From the human T2T-CHM13v2.0 reference genome, Homo sapiens, in assembly GCF_009914755.1 (NCBI RefSeq), contig NC_060932.1: 64,000 nucleotides of DNA; one strand, written 5' to 3'. Every line of letters starts with the position of its first letter. Position 1 is the stretch's first letter. The notes beneath the pieces are model-generated. The model saw only the letters and a program-made list of their open reading frames with translations, did not search any database and had not been told where the DNA came from. The translations under genes were made by a program, and so were the position numbers. This document shows, in pieces, positions 13,581-28,684 of this stretch.

Positions 13581-16358
13581 TAGCAGGAAATGGGAAGCCC
13601 TGTCCTGTGAAGCTGTGCCCCAGCGGGGAAGGGGTAAAAAGGGCAATGGAACAGCCCGGCTTCACATTGTGTGTTTCAGGACCCTCTATCTCCATCTGTA
13701 CCTTCCCAAGCCTTGTCCTTTATCCTCCACCTAACACCTCTCCCCTGCCACAGCTGAGAGATCATGTCTGAAACACATGCTGTCCTCTTAAAAACCTTCA
13801 AGTGTCTTCCTTACTTATATCCTGTTACTATCTGCTGACATGTGGAGAAGAGAAATTAGGCAGATTAACTTGATCACCATGATATATCCCATGCCTGAAT
13901 TTAGATTCTCTTCCAAGGACCTCAGATAGTTGACACATGTGTCCTGAAGACATTTGAAGCAGAATGAAGTCTTTTTCTCATGAGGCTGGATCAAGTAGGA
14001 CTCTGTCTACTTGACTGTTTTGTCAACAGAGGCACAGGATGAAGTAGAAATAGTATCAAAGTGGAGATAAACGCCCTGAGTCTCGGTCATCTCAGGGACT
14101 GTGCTCTCCCAGGAAAAGCGAGAGATGGATGGCAGCTGCTGGAGAGCACATAAATGTCATTTCCAAGTGCCCAGGATTGCCATTGGCCATATCGATTGGA
14201 TAATGACAAGGAGAGCTGGTTCGATTCCAAAAAGAGAAACTATGCAGAGGAGGCAAGAGGCAAAAGGAGTACTTAATTTTTATGAACCTGTTGGCGGGTG
14301 CTCCATATTAATATTTCATTTGTCAGTCTTGTCTTCTTTTTTATTTTAAACTCAAAATGAAGAGCAATGCCTAGCTCCTGACTGTAATCTCAGTAGGAGT
14401 GTGTGGTGTGTCCACATCCTGCTCCATGCCCCAGACCACTGTAGTTAATGACCACACATACAGGCATTGTGGAACAGTCTTCTGGTTTTGTAAAACAGTT
14501 ACAAGTTGAATTTTGGGAATATGTAATCATTTCAAGGATTTTATATTTTTTAAAAAAATCATCCTACTGCTAAATAGCAGCCCTCTTGTTCTCAGCCAAC
14601 AGCATGTGGAGGGGGTCTAACTTAGGGGCCATAAATAAATCTGGACAATAACCCTGCATAAAGCAATCTTATTCTTTCCCCCTTTAAGCTTCCACATCAC
14701 CCCCAGCTTCTCTGTTGAGCTTATGATTTGGTTGCTAGGTCAGCCAGAAGGTGAATGGTTTCCTGCGTGGGTGAGATAGAGTGGTTGCAAAATGCGTATC
14801 TTGCCTCAACTCAGCAAATGGTGCCCCAGCTGTCGGGGGCACGCAGCATATTGGAGGCTGTGATTCAGGAAGGAGTACAAGGTGAATTGTATTGTCAAGC
14901 ATGGTATTAAATGGCTGAAGCTGCCCAGCAGCTCCTTCCCTAACCTGTTTTCTTGTTAAAATGATTCTATTCCACTGGCAGGCACTAGACTGAGGTGTCC
15001 TCACAAAATCATGGAGTCTTAAGTTGAAAGGAAGCATTTGGACCAGCCCCTACTCTTTAGAGTGAGGAGTTTGATGTCCAGAGTATGAACTGCAGTGTTT
15101 TTTGTTTTTGTTTGGGGGTGGGGAACGAAGTGAAGACAATCCTAATGTGGACAATGAAATAGTGCTAACACTTTCCAAGAAAATGGCTAACTGAATCATG
15201 AATGCAAAATAAAAACAGTTTTTATAGGAAAAGATTTAAACCTGACAGTCCTAACCTCTGAGGAAATGCATGATATAGAAATAACTTGGACCAGTTCCCT
15301 GACAATGCCAATGATCCTACTCCAGTCATAAAGCAATGTGTGTGTCCGGGTTAGGGAAAGTATTTGATGGCTCCCATTCTACCTAGAAGCTTGTACCCTT
15401 AGTTTATCTTGGATCATTAATTCATGCAATCTTTAATTCATTCAATGAACATATTATAATAATTACCTACGTGTGATACGGTCTGGGAGGGAAATGGCAA
15501 GTAAAACATTTTATCTACCTTCAGAATCTTCCAGACAGGCAAACAATTTTTTTTCAATATGAAGGACTCAAACAAATGTATTATAGCAAGGCAGTTTTAC
15601 GTACAAGGCACTCTGTGCCTTCCACAGATAGCCCAGTTTCTACTTCCATGTTTGGTAAGAGCCAGCAGCCATCGAAGTCACATAAAATTATTGTAATTGG
15701 TAGACATTTATTTTCAGACATTAAGTGATGGGAAGTAGTAGTAAGGATTTGTCATGTAGCATTTTATGTCTGCAAAGTGCTTTACGGTCATATTTTACAG
15801 CTTGTTCTACATAATAGTCATGTGTGAGATGGGCTGGAACAGGCTCTATTTTAGAGTGAGGAAGTGACAGCAGTCCTATGTATATCAGTGTCCTCTTTAA
15901 ATACTATTTGCCTTGGGGTTTTAATAAAGATCATCACATTTTTTTTTATTTCTTAGAATTTGCATTCTGCATGTTTATATTTAGTTTATCCAGTCTTTTT
16001 ATAATGGTTCAGAGTCCAAACTCAGATTCTGAATAGTGCAAGCCATATCTGAGTGCAACTGCCAAGATGACCCATGGCAGACATGACCCAACCCTTTTAG
16101 TCTCTGTCATGATCAATAGCTGTTACCACCATTCCACTGGAATTCCATTTCCCCATTTATCCTCCAAGGTCAGAGAAAGGATCCCTCTGGTTTCAACCCG
16201 CGTTTCCTTCCAAGAAAGTGATCTTTGTGGTGGCCCTTATTTTCCTCTCTCCACCCACCATTTCTGTCCAAGTTTCTTGGGAATTGTGGCCATAATGGAA
16301 CCACCATAGACCAGCTTCAGCAAAGAATGATCAACACTTCCTTACTTCTTTCTTCTGA

Positions 16359-16694
<336 letters not shown>

Positions 16695-18241
16695 TGTTTC
16701 CTCTTTCCATTCCTTCAAGGGAGTATCCTGGGTCACTGTAGTCACCCTGGGAATAAATTTGTAGTCCAAAAGGACTAGCCTCTGTCCATGAGAAGCGCAA
16801 TCTCATAGGGAACCCAGAAAGGCCAATGGGCAATTGCTAGTCAAAGCTTCTGGTGCTATGACAGTGCTAGGGTTTGTGGAGTAGAAGGGATAGATCCCTG
16901 CCTCAGGTCTGGGGGCTCAAGAAGGGCTTCCCAGAGGAAGTAGCCTCAGGACTTTGGAGTTAGATTGGAAATGCTGGTGCATCTTTTGCTTGGGAGAGAC
17001 TTTGAGTCTAGGAGCCAAGGAAGGCCAAGGGGGTGGCCCAGGGGAAATAGAATGGACAGTAGGCTGCTTGACATTGCCTTTAAGCTCTAGACAAGAAAGG
17101 AAGGGAGGGAGGGAAGAAGGCTTCCTTTTGCCTTGCCGTGACTCAACCATAAGTCTCCCTTCAAAAACCATTCTAGTTCATGACCACTCAGCATATTCAA
17201 GGACAAGGGGTGCCTTTGGTTCACTCCTGCATTATGACTCTTGACATATGACAAGCAGCTGGGCAAGGCTCAGACCCAGCCAAAACATCTTCTGTCACAA
17301 AGCCAAAAAGAACTGCATGAGCTTTTTAAAAAATCACTACTGACAAATCCCACAACCAGTCTCAGTGCTGAAAGGTGAGTGAACTCAGGAATGGGAGTCA
17401 GGAAACAGCTTTTGATTTAATGTAGTGTGTGGTCTTAGCCACTCATTTGACTGACTTGGGCCTTATTGCCTCATTTAACTTATAGGATTAATAATACCTG
17501 CCCTACTTACTCAACAAGTTTGTTGGGAGGATAAGATCACATAATAAATATGAAAGGTTTAAGGCATATAAAAATAAAGCCCATGACTGTGTCCAGTGTT
17601 CTTTCAATGTGTTCATGTGCTTCTGCTTTGGAGTTAGGTATTGCTCTTATCCACCACTGAATGTCTGGGCTGTCCTGTCTTTTACCCTCAACTGTCAGGC
17701 ATTGGTCCCCCTGCCCGCATTCACCTTCCCATAACACTTGATCAAAAGCTGCTACTCATATGGCCATGGCTGAGCCATTCCAAGCACTGAATCATGTCAT
17801 CACTTAGCATCTTCAAAGTATTCATATGGCCCTTTCACTTTAAGACCTTTAAGCCCATATTCCCCAAGTCTATTCAGAGTCCAACACCAGTGGAGTGTGC
17901 CCCCTACAGTGGCTCAGAGAGGAAGCCTTCATCTCTGGACACCATAGTCCTGGGTTTGCCCACTGTGTCTAACAGCAGTCTCCCAACCTGAGCATGTCTT
18001 TCTTCTTCCTGAAGATGATCTTCTGGTGCACCTACCACAAGTGCTTGGGGCTGCTTCAGCAAGAATGATGGAAGCATCACCCCACTTCTGCTATACTCTC
18101 TTGTCTGTCCTTGGGGAGGGTTATGCCAACTGGCTCATTAACATAATCAGTATAGTTTTGACTGTGCCCTGACCAGCTAGGCTAACTGCCTAGCTCATAT
18201 CAAGTACTCAGCAGGTGCTTGTCAAATAAACAATTAGATCT

Positions 18242-19059
18242 CATCATGGGCTGAGTTATGTCCTCCCAAAATTCATATGTTGAAGTCCTAACCTCCAGTA
18301 CCTCAGAATATAGTTGTGTTTGGAGATAAGGTCTTGGTATTAGTCTGTTCTCACATTGCTATAAAGAACTACCTGAGACTGGGTACTTATGAAACAAAGA
18401 GATTTAATTGACTCACAGTTCAGCAGGCTGTACAGAAAGCATGGCTAGGGAGTCCTCAGGAAATGTACAGTCACGGTGGAAGGCAAAGGGGAAGTAGGCA
18501 CATCTTCCCATGGCAGAGCAGGAGAGAGAGAAAGAGAGAGAGACAGAGAGAGAGAGAGAAGAGGGGAGGTGCTATACACTTTCAAACAATCATATCTCAT
18601 GAGAATTCTATCACAAGACAGCACTAGGGGGATGGTGCTAAACCATTAGAAACCACCCCCATGATCCAATCACCTCCCACCAGGCCCCACCTCCATCACT
18701 GCGAATTATAATTCGACATGAGATTTGGGAGATGACACAAAACCAAACCATATCAGTCTTTAAAGAGTTAAGTTAAAATAAGCTCTTTAAAGTGGGCCCT
18801 AATCCAGTATGACTGGTGTTCTTATAAGAAGAGGAGATTTGGTCACAGACATGGTTGCATGCAGAATAAAGACTTTTCGAGGACACACTGAGAAGGCAGC
18901 CATCTGCAAAACAAGGAAAGAGTCCTCAGCAGAAACCAGTCCTGCAGACTCCTTGATCTTGGACTTCCAGCCACTGCAATTGTGAGTAAATATATTTTCT
19001 GTTGTTGAAGCCACCCAGTCTGTGGAATTTTTTTGTGCCAGCCATAGCAAATTAATACA
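18242..19059 (+). mobile_element. MLT1B MaLR LTR, split by an MST insertion
   Basis: CCCAAAATTCATATGTTGAAGTCCTAACC...GGAGATAAGGTCTT | TAAAGAG...GGGCCCTAATCC...GCAAATTAATACA. 5-bp TSD GATCT at 18237-18241 and 19060-19064. Confidence 0.85.
18336..18755 (-). mobile_element. MSTA MaLR solo LTR nested in MLT1B
   Basis: GTATTAGTCTGTTCTCACATTGCTATAAAG...CCAAACCATATCA. 5-bp TSD GTCTT at 18331-18335 and 18756-18760. Confidence 0.9.
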
Positions 19060-19094
19060 GATCTGTTTAAGAACACATAAAAATACTAATCATC

Positions 19095-19451
<357 letters not shown>

Positions 19452-20489
19452 TCAGTTGCAATCTGGAAGTTGCAGTCTTAACCAGTAAGTAAATGTTGTG
19501 ACCATCATAGTGGGGACTCTGGTGGAAAGTGTTTTTGGCTCCATCACAGTTTCTTGGACAGCCAGAAGCCCTTGGAGATAGATGACCAATAGTGTAGAAA
19601 ACATAAGCCTTCATAACAGGAAGGCAGCGACTGCTCTCTGGGTGTTTACGGGATCTCTCTGTGTTAGATTAGAAGATAATATTTCTCCATTTTATGAAAA
19701 GGTGATTTGGATTCTGCAATGAATCTGTAGTAAATTTAGAATTGAATCACAGCTGGCATATTTTCCAACCACAATGTGCCCTAGCTGATCTTTGCTTCCT
19801 CTCCTTCCTCATCTGTACTTGCTTTTTGACAGATGGCAAACCCTAAAGGACATACATAAGTACATTCTATAGATATTGGAAAGTGGGGGAAAATTTGAAG
19901 AGTAAACCAATATTTAACAATAGAAAAAAACTGCAAAAGCATCTTTACCTCGGTAGCCTTGGCAGCTGGGACAAAAACTAAAAGCTCAACTCATTAATTA
20001 TGCCATGTCTCTCCTTACAGCTCTAAAGCTGAATTAAAGAGAAGTAAAACCATAATGAGCAGCCAAGAGGAAGTCCCCAGGGGTCCAGATGACAGAATGA
20101 AGCATGCATGTTGGGGAGATGATCAGAACAGGCACCTGGACCCCTGTGGGGTCAAGGGCTCTGCTCTCCCCTACATGGGAGCTCTGCAGGCTGCTCTCCC
20201 CTCTGCACAGGGAACCTGTGTTTGCAACCTGTCTCCCTCCTGGGCCTGCCCATCGCTGTCCTGACCAGCAGCCTCCATCAGTAGGATCCTTTTTGTTTTC
20301 TCTTTCTTCTTCCATTTATCCACAAGCCTTACTGAGAGCCCACCTTATGCGCAGCTGCCAAGAGTCCAAACCCCATCCTCCAAGGTTGGTGGTGTAGGAG
20401 AATTACTGTGTGGGTAAAGGAGACTGGACTCCGTGGGTCCTGCTCTTGCCTCTGGAGATTCAGCTTCCCCAATGGCTCCTCTCCCTGAT

Positions 20490-21164
20490 TATGATTGCCA
20501 TCTCCAGCCTTGACGCCCCTATTTCTGGGGTCCTTACATTTATGTTTACAGGCGCTGCAGTCTGAAAACAGCTCCCAGAGTGACCCTAATCAGATCATGG
20601 TGCCCTCTTGTCCAAAATCTTTTCAGTGTTTTCCCAAATCACTCAGGAGCTTACAAGACCCTACCAAGACTGGCTCCCCTGTTCTCCGCTAGTCTCATCT
20701 TCTCTGATTCTCTCTCTTCTATCTCGGGTACTAACACACTGGCAGCCTTTCTGAGCTGGATGCTCCCTTACATCCCTTGGATACTCCAAGCACGCCCTGC
20801 CTTGGGCCTTCTGCACTTGCTATTGGCTGCCTGCAATGTCGTTGGCCAGTCAGCCACATGACCCAGTCCCTCACTTCCTTTGGGTCTTTGCTCAAGCTCA
20901 CATTCTCAGTGAGGCCTTTTCTGACCTCCAGTGTTTAAAATCTCACCCCTTATCACAGACAACCCCAATCCCCTTCCCTACTTTATTTTCCCCATTATTC
21001 TCCTTACCATCTGACATACCACGTATTTATTTCTTCTTTGCCTCCCCCTTCTAGCTTACTAGAAGGTAAGCTCCAAGAAGGTGGGAGTTTTTCTGCTTTG
21101 TTGCACTGTCACCAGCACCCAGAACAGCACCCATAGCATCATGTCTGCCATTTGTTGAATGAAT
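20490..21164 (+). mobile_element. L2 3' remnant
   Basis: AATCAGATCATG..GGGCCTTCTGCACTTGCT..CTCAGTGAGGCCTTTTCTGACC..GTAAGCTCC..ATTTGTTGAATGAAT, ending in the L2 tail. Confidence 0.7.
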
Positions 21165-21271
21165 ATGCTCAAAGTACAGCTAGTGAATTGGAAAATGAAC
21201 CCGTGATGGGGAGTAATTACGAAAAAAGATTCATGTGTTCTTTCCTAAGTGACTCATTTGTTCTTTAAAAA

Positions 21272-21587
21272 CAGTCATGTGCTGCATAATGACATTTTGG
21301 TCAATAACAGACTGCAGATATGATGGTGGTTCCATAAGAGTATAATGTGATATTTTTACTGTATTTTTTCTATGTTTAGATTCACAAATGCTTACCATTG
21401 TGTTACAATTGCCTACAGTATTCAGTACAGTCACAGGCTGTATGGGTTTGTAGTCTAGGAGCAGTAAGCTATACCATAGAGCCTACGTGTGTCGTAGGTC
21501 ATACCATCTAGGTTTGTGTAAGTGCACTCCATGACGTTTGCACAACATCACCTAATGATGCATTTTCTCTGAGGCAATGCATGACTG
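21272..21587. mobile_element. Tigger3a (MER7A)-like non-autonomous DNA transposon
   Basis: TIRs CAGTCATG...CATGACTG with internal CTTACCATTGTGTTACAATTGCCTACAGTATTCAGTACAG. Confidence 0.85.
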
Positions 21588-22202
21588 TATCCGAAGCTGA
21601 AAATGAGTTTGTTGCCCTCCCACTTCCGGGAATGGATAATTCCTACAGTACCTGTATCAGGCCCACCCTGTTCACCTCATTCTTCTTCCTCGGTTCTGAT
21701 GGCAAGTGGTTTCCAACTCATAGCTGTGGACCTACGAAACACTTGCATGGCTTTCTGTAAGGCTGGGCAAGTCAGTGAAGGTGAAATGTAAAGCCCACTC
21801 CCTACAAACGACTAGTATTCACTCACCTCTCTCACCCCCAGTTACTGATATAGTTTAACAAATAGCTATGATTACCTCTGCAGAAAAGGGTTTTTAGAAA
21901 ATTACATTCTGTTTGTTTTTATTATTGTTGCAAAAAGAGATAAAATCTTGGCATCTTTGAATTTACACTGCTTAAGGTTACCAAACAGAATGGGCAGTAG
22001 AATCCTATGTTTACAGTGTTTATATGTATAAATGTACATGTGTATATATGTATAAAGATTAAAGAATACAACAATAGGCTAATATTTGGGTATGATGAAA
22101 ATAATATAATTTTTATTCAACTGTTTTTTCCATAATAAGTGTATATTATGTATATGATATGAAGAACACCAATCATTCTTCTTTTTTTAAAAAAAAAAGA
22201 AA

Positions 22203-22550
<348 letters not shown>

Positions 22551-23327
22551 TTAATTGGGCACATACTAAAGGTCAGCTTTCTAATATAGGGAAACAAGAA
22601 AATGATCCTTTTGAATGTGACTATTATTTTTACTTTGTGATTTCAGCTTTTACGTTGGACTCAATAAACTAAAAAAAGGCAAACTGAAATCGTAGTATGA
22701 GGCTCTCATGTTTCCACTTACACTGAACATAAGCCAAGGCCTGAGGGCTAAAGTGGGCCTGATTGACTCATGATACCAGGTTGCTGCATCACTTCCTTGA
22801 GAAATTGTTCCTGGCTTCAAAACTAGCTGTGGAATCTTAGAAATCTTGTGACATTGGATCACGTGCCTGGGCACAGCCACGTTTTCTTCCATGGCTTCCT
22901 CTCCTTCCTCCTCTGGAGCAGATATCTATGTTTGCATCTGCCTTTCTTCCTGCTCCTTCTTCTAACATGCCACAGGATGCTCTTTAAGCCACATCCGCTT
23001 CTGCAAACCAGTGATTGAGTTCTTGTGTGCCAGGGCACAGCAGTCTCCTTCATCCATTGTATACTCTTTAGTGTTGTCTTTTGTCTAAAAGGTCTTTGCT
23101 TTTCTTTGCCTTGCTCTCTGTGTTTGCGGCACTGGCTTAGATGATTACTGATGGAGTTGACCGTGGAGACCATAATGTGCAGGGACCAGCTCTTTGACAG
23201 GTGGGTGCCTCCCTGGTGCCCTGAGCTGACTGTCCTTAGCACTGGGAAGACAGATTCTTCTTTTTGGGGGTTGCCTCAATCCTTGTGGAACACATCTTTC
23301 AGCATATGAAATTTCTGCTTGTTATAA

Positions 23328-23731
<404 letters not shown>

Positions 23732-25028
23732 TGAGCAAGGCACTTCTCTTCATGACAAATACACCTTATGCATTGTATCTCTGTGCTTGTGCCAGACTGG
23801 AACCTCCTCCAAAATTTGAATCCCATTGATCCTTCAAGTCCTCACTCAGATATAATTTATTCTGTGATTTCCTGTGACCATTCCAACTCATGGTGACCTT
23901 TCCCACTCAGGCGGAAATTCTCACATAATTTGCATATATCCAAAAATAAAAAAGTGATGATCTCACTCACACTGCCAGGTAAGAAGAGATAAACCCACAT
24001 GTCTCACAGTCTGCTTTCTATGCCCCCCCACAACATGACAAAATCAGGACTGTAATCTGGGCATAGATGTTATCTACATGACTGAACCACAGGGACTGTG
24101 TTATTGGCATCTGTACCAGACATTTGGTAGACAACAGAGCCAATCTGAAGAAAAACTGCTTCCCACCTTCCCCCACATTAGTCAGAGAGCAGCCTTGGAG
24201 GAGACATTAACAGAAACTCTTACTAGAAAAAGTAAGAGTTGATAATCATATAAATTTATATCAACCATCTCTTATAAGGAAGATATGAGAGGGGAATTCT
24301 GAGAGTAAGCCGATGGAGGGAATTCACCCACCCTGTTCATGGGGAAAACCAAACATATTTAGCCAAGGAAAGGATTCTGCAACTAAGAAGTAGAATATAA
24401 CCCTCAAAAGAGACATCAAGATGATAACCTGTGGAAAAGATTGACTGCAGGAAAACAGAACTTAAATTTTAAAAAGACGTTTCTAGAACCCATATGACCA
24501 CACTGGTTTTCCCAGACAATTGATGCAATTATATAAGAAGGAACCTCCCATTTTTCTTGGGCATGGATGTCTGGCCTTGGGCTTTTCTCCCTGTGGGCTT
24601 TTGGAAAGGACAGAGGAGTTATCTGTTCCATATACAGAATTTCAATGAATGCCCTGTTTTCAGCCCCACTGTTACTCCACCCTCTGAGACATCTGCCTTC
24701 TCCTAGTCTAGGGGTTCTCTGGGCCGTCCCTGACACAAAGTGCAGGCTGCAGCTTCCTCCTCTTGTCCATCCTCCAGGGATTTGTTGCAATTTCATATTC
24801 TTTGAATTCCCTTTCTGTTATCTGAATTGCTGTGGCCTCTAACTTTTCTAGTGCTTTACCATCAGCAATGCCCCAGTGAAGGGAGCATCACAAATGAAAA
24901 TAGATGTGTGTCTTCTGTCTGTCAGTTTCTTCTGGAAGGCTCTCAAAGTTTTAAAGAGATCAATTTTTTCCAAGTTAATTTAAGATGTAATTAATGATGT
25001 TTCAATGCCATTACAAATGAGGTATTTT

Positions 25029-25316
25029 GGCTGGGTGCGGTAGCACATACCTGTCATACCGGCACTTTGGGAAGCAAAGGATGGTAGATCACTTGAGCCC
25101 AGGAGTTTGAGATTAGCCTGGGCAACATGGCAAAACCCTGTCTCTACAAAAAATCCAAAAAATTTAGCCAGCCGTGGTGGCATGCACCTGTGGTCCAAGC
25201 TACTCGGGAGGCTGAGGCAGGAAAATTGCTTGAACCTGGGAGGTTGAGGCTGCAAGTGGCCCATGATTACACTACTGCACTCCAGCCTGGGCAGGAGAGC
25301 AAAATGTCTCAAAAAA
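25029..25316 (+). mobile_element. AluJ
   Basis: J-type CACTTGAGCCCAGGAGTTTGAG..CTGGGCAACATGGC and GAGGCTGCA. Confidence 0.88.
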
Positions 25317-25329
25317 GAGGGGTGGATAT

Positions 25330-26900
25330 TTTAACAAAATGATTTAAAAGTGTATTTAGAAGACCATACAGAAGACCAAACAAGAAATTCTGAAAGGCAA
25401 GAATTGTGAGAGAATGGGCTCCTAAGGTCAGATATTAGAATATGTTATTTGGCTGCAAAAAATAAAACAGAATGATTTTAGCAAACTGGCAGATGAGTGG
25501 AACAGAAAAGGAAAACAAAAACACATGCCTAAGTCTATGCAATAATTTAACATGTGATTAAGATGCTATTTCAAACTGGCTGGAGGGAAAATTAAGAATG
25601 ATGACGGCAAACTGGGTGAATCACTTGGAATGAAGACAAAGCCAAATTTTACTCTATGTATCATACTCTAAATTGCAAATAGACTAAAGAGTTACATGTT
25701 TGAGAGAGAATGAGAAACAATAACAGAACAAGATATAAATGTAAATTCAAACAGCTAATCTTGCTGTGACAAAGTTTTTGCTAACATAAAAGGGGAGAGG
25801 AATCCCATAGAAAAAAACTTGATAGTACTGATTACATAAAAATTCAAATTACAAAAAATTCAAAATTCTGTAAGCTTAAAAAATTTTAAAGATATAGACA
25901 AATCAGGTAAAATATTTGCAATATACATGACACACAAAGGACAATAGTATTAGTATATACAGACCTTTTAAAATCATTAAGAAAACTGTGAAACTCCAGA
26001 AGAACAAGGGGCTAAACACATGAAAACACAATTTACAAAAGAAGAAACAGAGATGATCCATAAACAAGAAAACATGTTCAACTTCTCTAGGAAGCAAAGA
26101 GACAAAAATTAAAATGAGATATTATTTTTAGCTACCAAATTGACAAATGAAAATGTCCAAGGTTAAAGCAAGTGGGTGTTCTCATTCATCATTGGTGTGT
26201 GTGTAAATTACTACAGCATTTTGAACAGAATTTGGCCATGTGTATTATTATTATTATTGCTATTATTATTTTTTGAGATGATGTCTCACTCTGTTGCACA
26301 GGCTGGAGTGCAGTGGCACCATCACAGCCCTCTGAAGCCTGGAACTCCTAGGCTCAATCTATTTTCCCACCTCCACCTCCCAAAGTGCTGGGATTATAGG
26401 CATGAGCCACTGCATCCAACTGTTTTTTAAAACCCTATATTACATTTATATTTTTCAGACCATTAAATCAACATCTAGGAAATTCTCCTAGAGAAATACT
26501 TATTGATGTACATAAAAATGTATTTACAAAGATATATACTTCAGTATTATTTGTAATAGCCAATGGTTTCAATCAACATAATTCCTAAAAAAGATTTGTT
26601 AAATTAATTATTGTGCATCCAAATGATGGAATACTTCCTACCCATAAGATAGATTTAAATAATATTTAGTGACTTTGGGAAATGTTACAACTATAGTAGG
26701 TGAAAAGGCACATTTAAATGTGTATAATATAATCTCAGCTTTGCAAAAAGAAATTTAAACACATACACATTTCTTTTAAAAGCTACACCAAATGTTAATG
26801 GTGATTATTGGTGGTGGGATATGGGAGATTTGAATTTTCTTTCTTACATTTTTATATATTTTCCAAATTTCTCACAACAAACATAAGTCATCTTTATAAA
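25330..26900 (+). mobile_element. Ancient L1M (L1ME-like) ORF2/3' remnants
   Basis: A-rich decayed motifs such as AAAACATGTTCAACTTC, AAATTAAAATGAGATATTATTTT, CTAGGAAATT and ATGGAATAC. Confidence 0.6.
26243..26421 (-). mobile_element. Alu monomer (FRAM-like or a left/right-arm chimera)
   Basis: A single arm of about 150 bp with a left-arm start (CACTTTGGGAGG), a right-arm end (CCACTGCACTCCAGCC) and a (TAA)n tail. Confidence 0.8.
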
Positions 26901-27834
26901 CAGAAAACACATTTTTTAAAAAAATATGATTTTCTCGACTAGATTTTAAGTTCCTGAAGGGCATTTTATACAACTGAACACATCATCCACAGCTTTGCAA
27001 CTCCCTTCCAGGGTTTGGGCCCAGCCTGTTTTAAATGTAGTTTTTTTTAAATGCAGTAGATAATACAGAAATATTTATCTGATTAACAAACTTCCTTCTT
27101 GGGTTTTCTTAATTATTGTTGCTGTTTTTCCAAAAGCATATGTGAAATATTTTAAGATATTGAATCATCATCTAACACCTGTTTTTCATGTGGACATCTG
27201 ATAAATACTGCTGCCTGCCCTGGTGAGAGCAGAGAAGAAACCCACTGCCCGAAAGGGTTAATTTGGGGCAGTTAAGGACACCTGTTCCAAGTCTGCCATG
27301 GGCCTTCATTTCCAGGCTTCCAGGCTCACCAGCTCAGGAAGAGGATTTTGCTAAGCAGTGGATATATACACAAAGGCAGGGCCAATGCAAATAAGAAATT
27401 CCTGGTCCACAAATAAACATTTCTTAAGCAACCCACACAATGAAATGGATGATAGCGTTTTCTACCCGAACTTTTCTCTAATTACATTTTTATTGACTTT
27501 TCAGAGGAAATGAAAAAGGCTAACATATAATTGGCTAAAAGAAATAGAGGTAATAAACCAAGCCAGAAAAAGACTTGAGGAAATGTGTATCTAAGGTAAA
27601 ATACCTCCAATATGAAAATCTGTGCCATGATGTTGAAGTTACAAAATTGCCTACACATGCTGCTTTGGTTGTGAGAGAGCTCAGAGCAGTGCTGTGACAA
27701 AGTGCTATGTTAAGGTCTAGCCTCTTTCCAAGTCTGAATATCCTCTGTATTTGAATTCTAAATTTCAAAAGCACCGAATTTCAAATGCTCCGAATTCCGA
27801 CTTGTACATGAAAGAACTTTGGATCAGGAGCCGG

Positions 27835-28680
27835 GTGTGTATGTAGATCTTAACAAGGCATTTAACAAGTTGTCTCATGATAACCTACTAGCCAAGAAGA
27901 TTAATTATGAATGATTATACATACACAAAGAGACATATATATATACATATACACACATACATACATATATATATACACATACATACATATATATATAATA
28001 TATATTATACATGCACACACACGCACATATTTTTCAAATGGTGAGTAGATCATTTTTCAAATGATCAGGTGGAGGCCAACCTGGAGTGAAGTGATTCATA
28101 ATGTACCATTGTATTTTCAATATAATTATTAGTATAGCATGAATCAGCCATTCTAAGCAGCTAATCAGAAAACTATGAGCACGAATCCGGGGAGGAAGGG
28201 GATGAGCTTCACTTTATGCATGCCTTGCAACCTAATATTTAGGTAGTCTTGCTTCTCAATCCCCTCACCCCAATGCCTTGAGTAATCAGCCAGTGTTATT
28301 GAAGGAAGTGTATCATATCTCTCAGTTGCTAGGGAAGAAAAAGGTTAAGGATTGCTGACATTGACAAAAACAGAGAAGGCAAGGTCATCCAATCTATGAG
28401 CAAATTATAGCTACTATTTTGATGACAGAATCATGTTTTAAACTCCTCTTGACAGGTTGAAGAGAAAAGATGAATGTAACAAGAAGATATTTAATAGGAA
28501 TACATGTTAGACCTTGCCCTTGGGCCCAAAGAGCAATTGCGCAAACACAGCAGGAGGTGGACCTGGCTAAATGGTGGTTCTTGTGAAAAGTTCTGAGGGA
28601 GTTCAGGTACCACCATGGGTGCCAACCAAAAATTCGGTCCTAAGCTCTATTTACAGACTTACAGAATTTAGAATGAAGAG
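27835..28680 (+). mobile_element. L3/CR1 LINE remnants
   Basis: 27837-27899 translates to VYVDLNKAFNKLSHDNLLAKK, similar to the CR1 RT motif YLDFSKAFD. About 28470-28610 resembles the L3 segment encoding KFN..KCKVLHLG. Confidence 0.65.
27930..28030. repeat. Compound (TA)/(CA) microsatellite
   Basis: Visible ATAT/ACAT tandem units. Confidence 0.85.
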
Positions 28681-28684
28681 ATTG

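Noticed and set aside
14218-14228. Perfect Pol III B-box / tRNA T-loop motif GGTTCGATTCC
   Set aside because: No convincing A box, cloverleaf or acceptor stem; an isolated 11-mer
17372-17380. Consensus splice donor AAG|GTGAGT (a similar one is near 45309)
   Set aside because: No convincing upstream acceptor or promoter, and isolated donors are expected by chance in 64 kb
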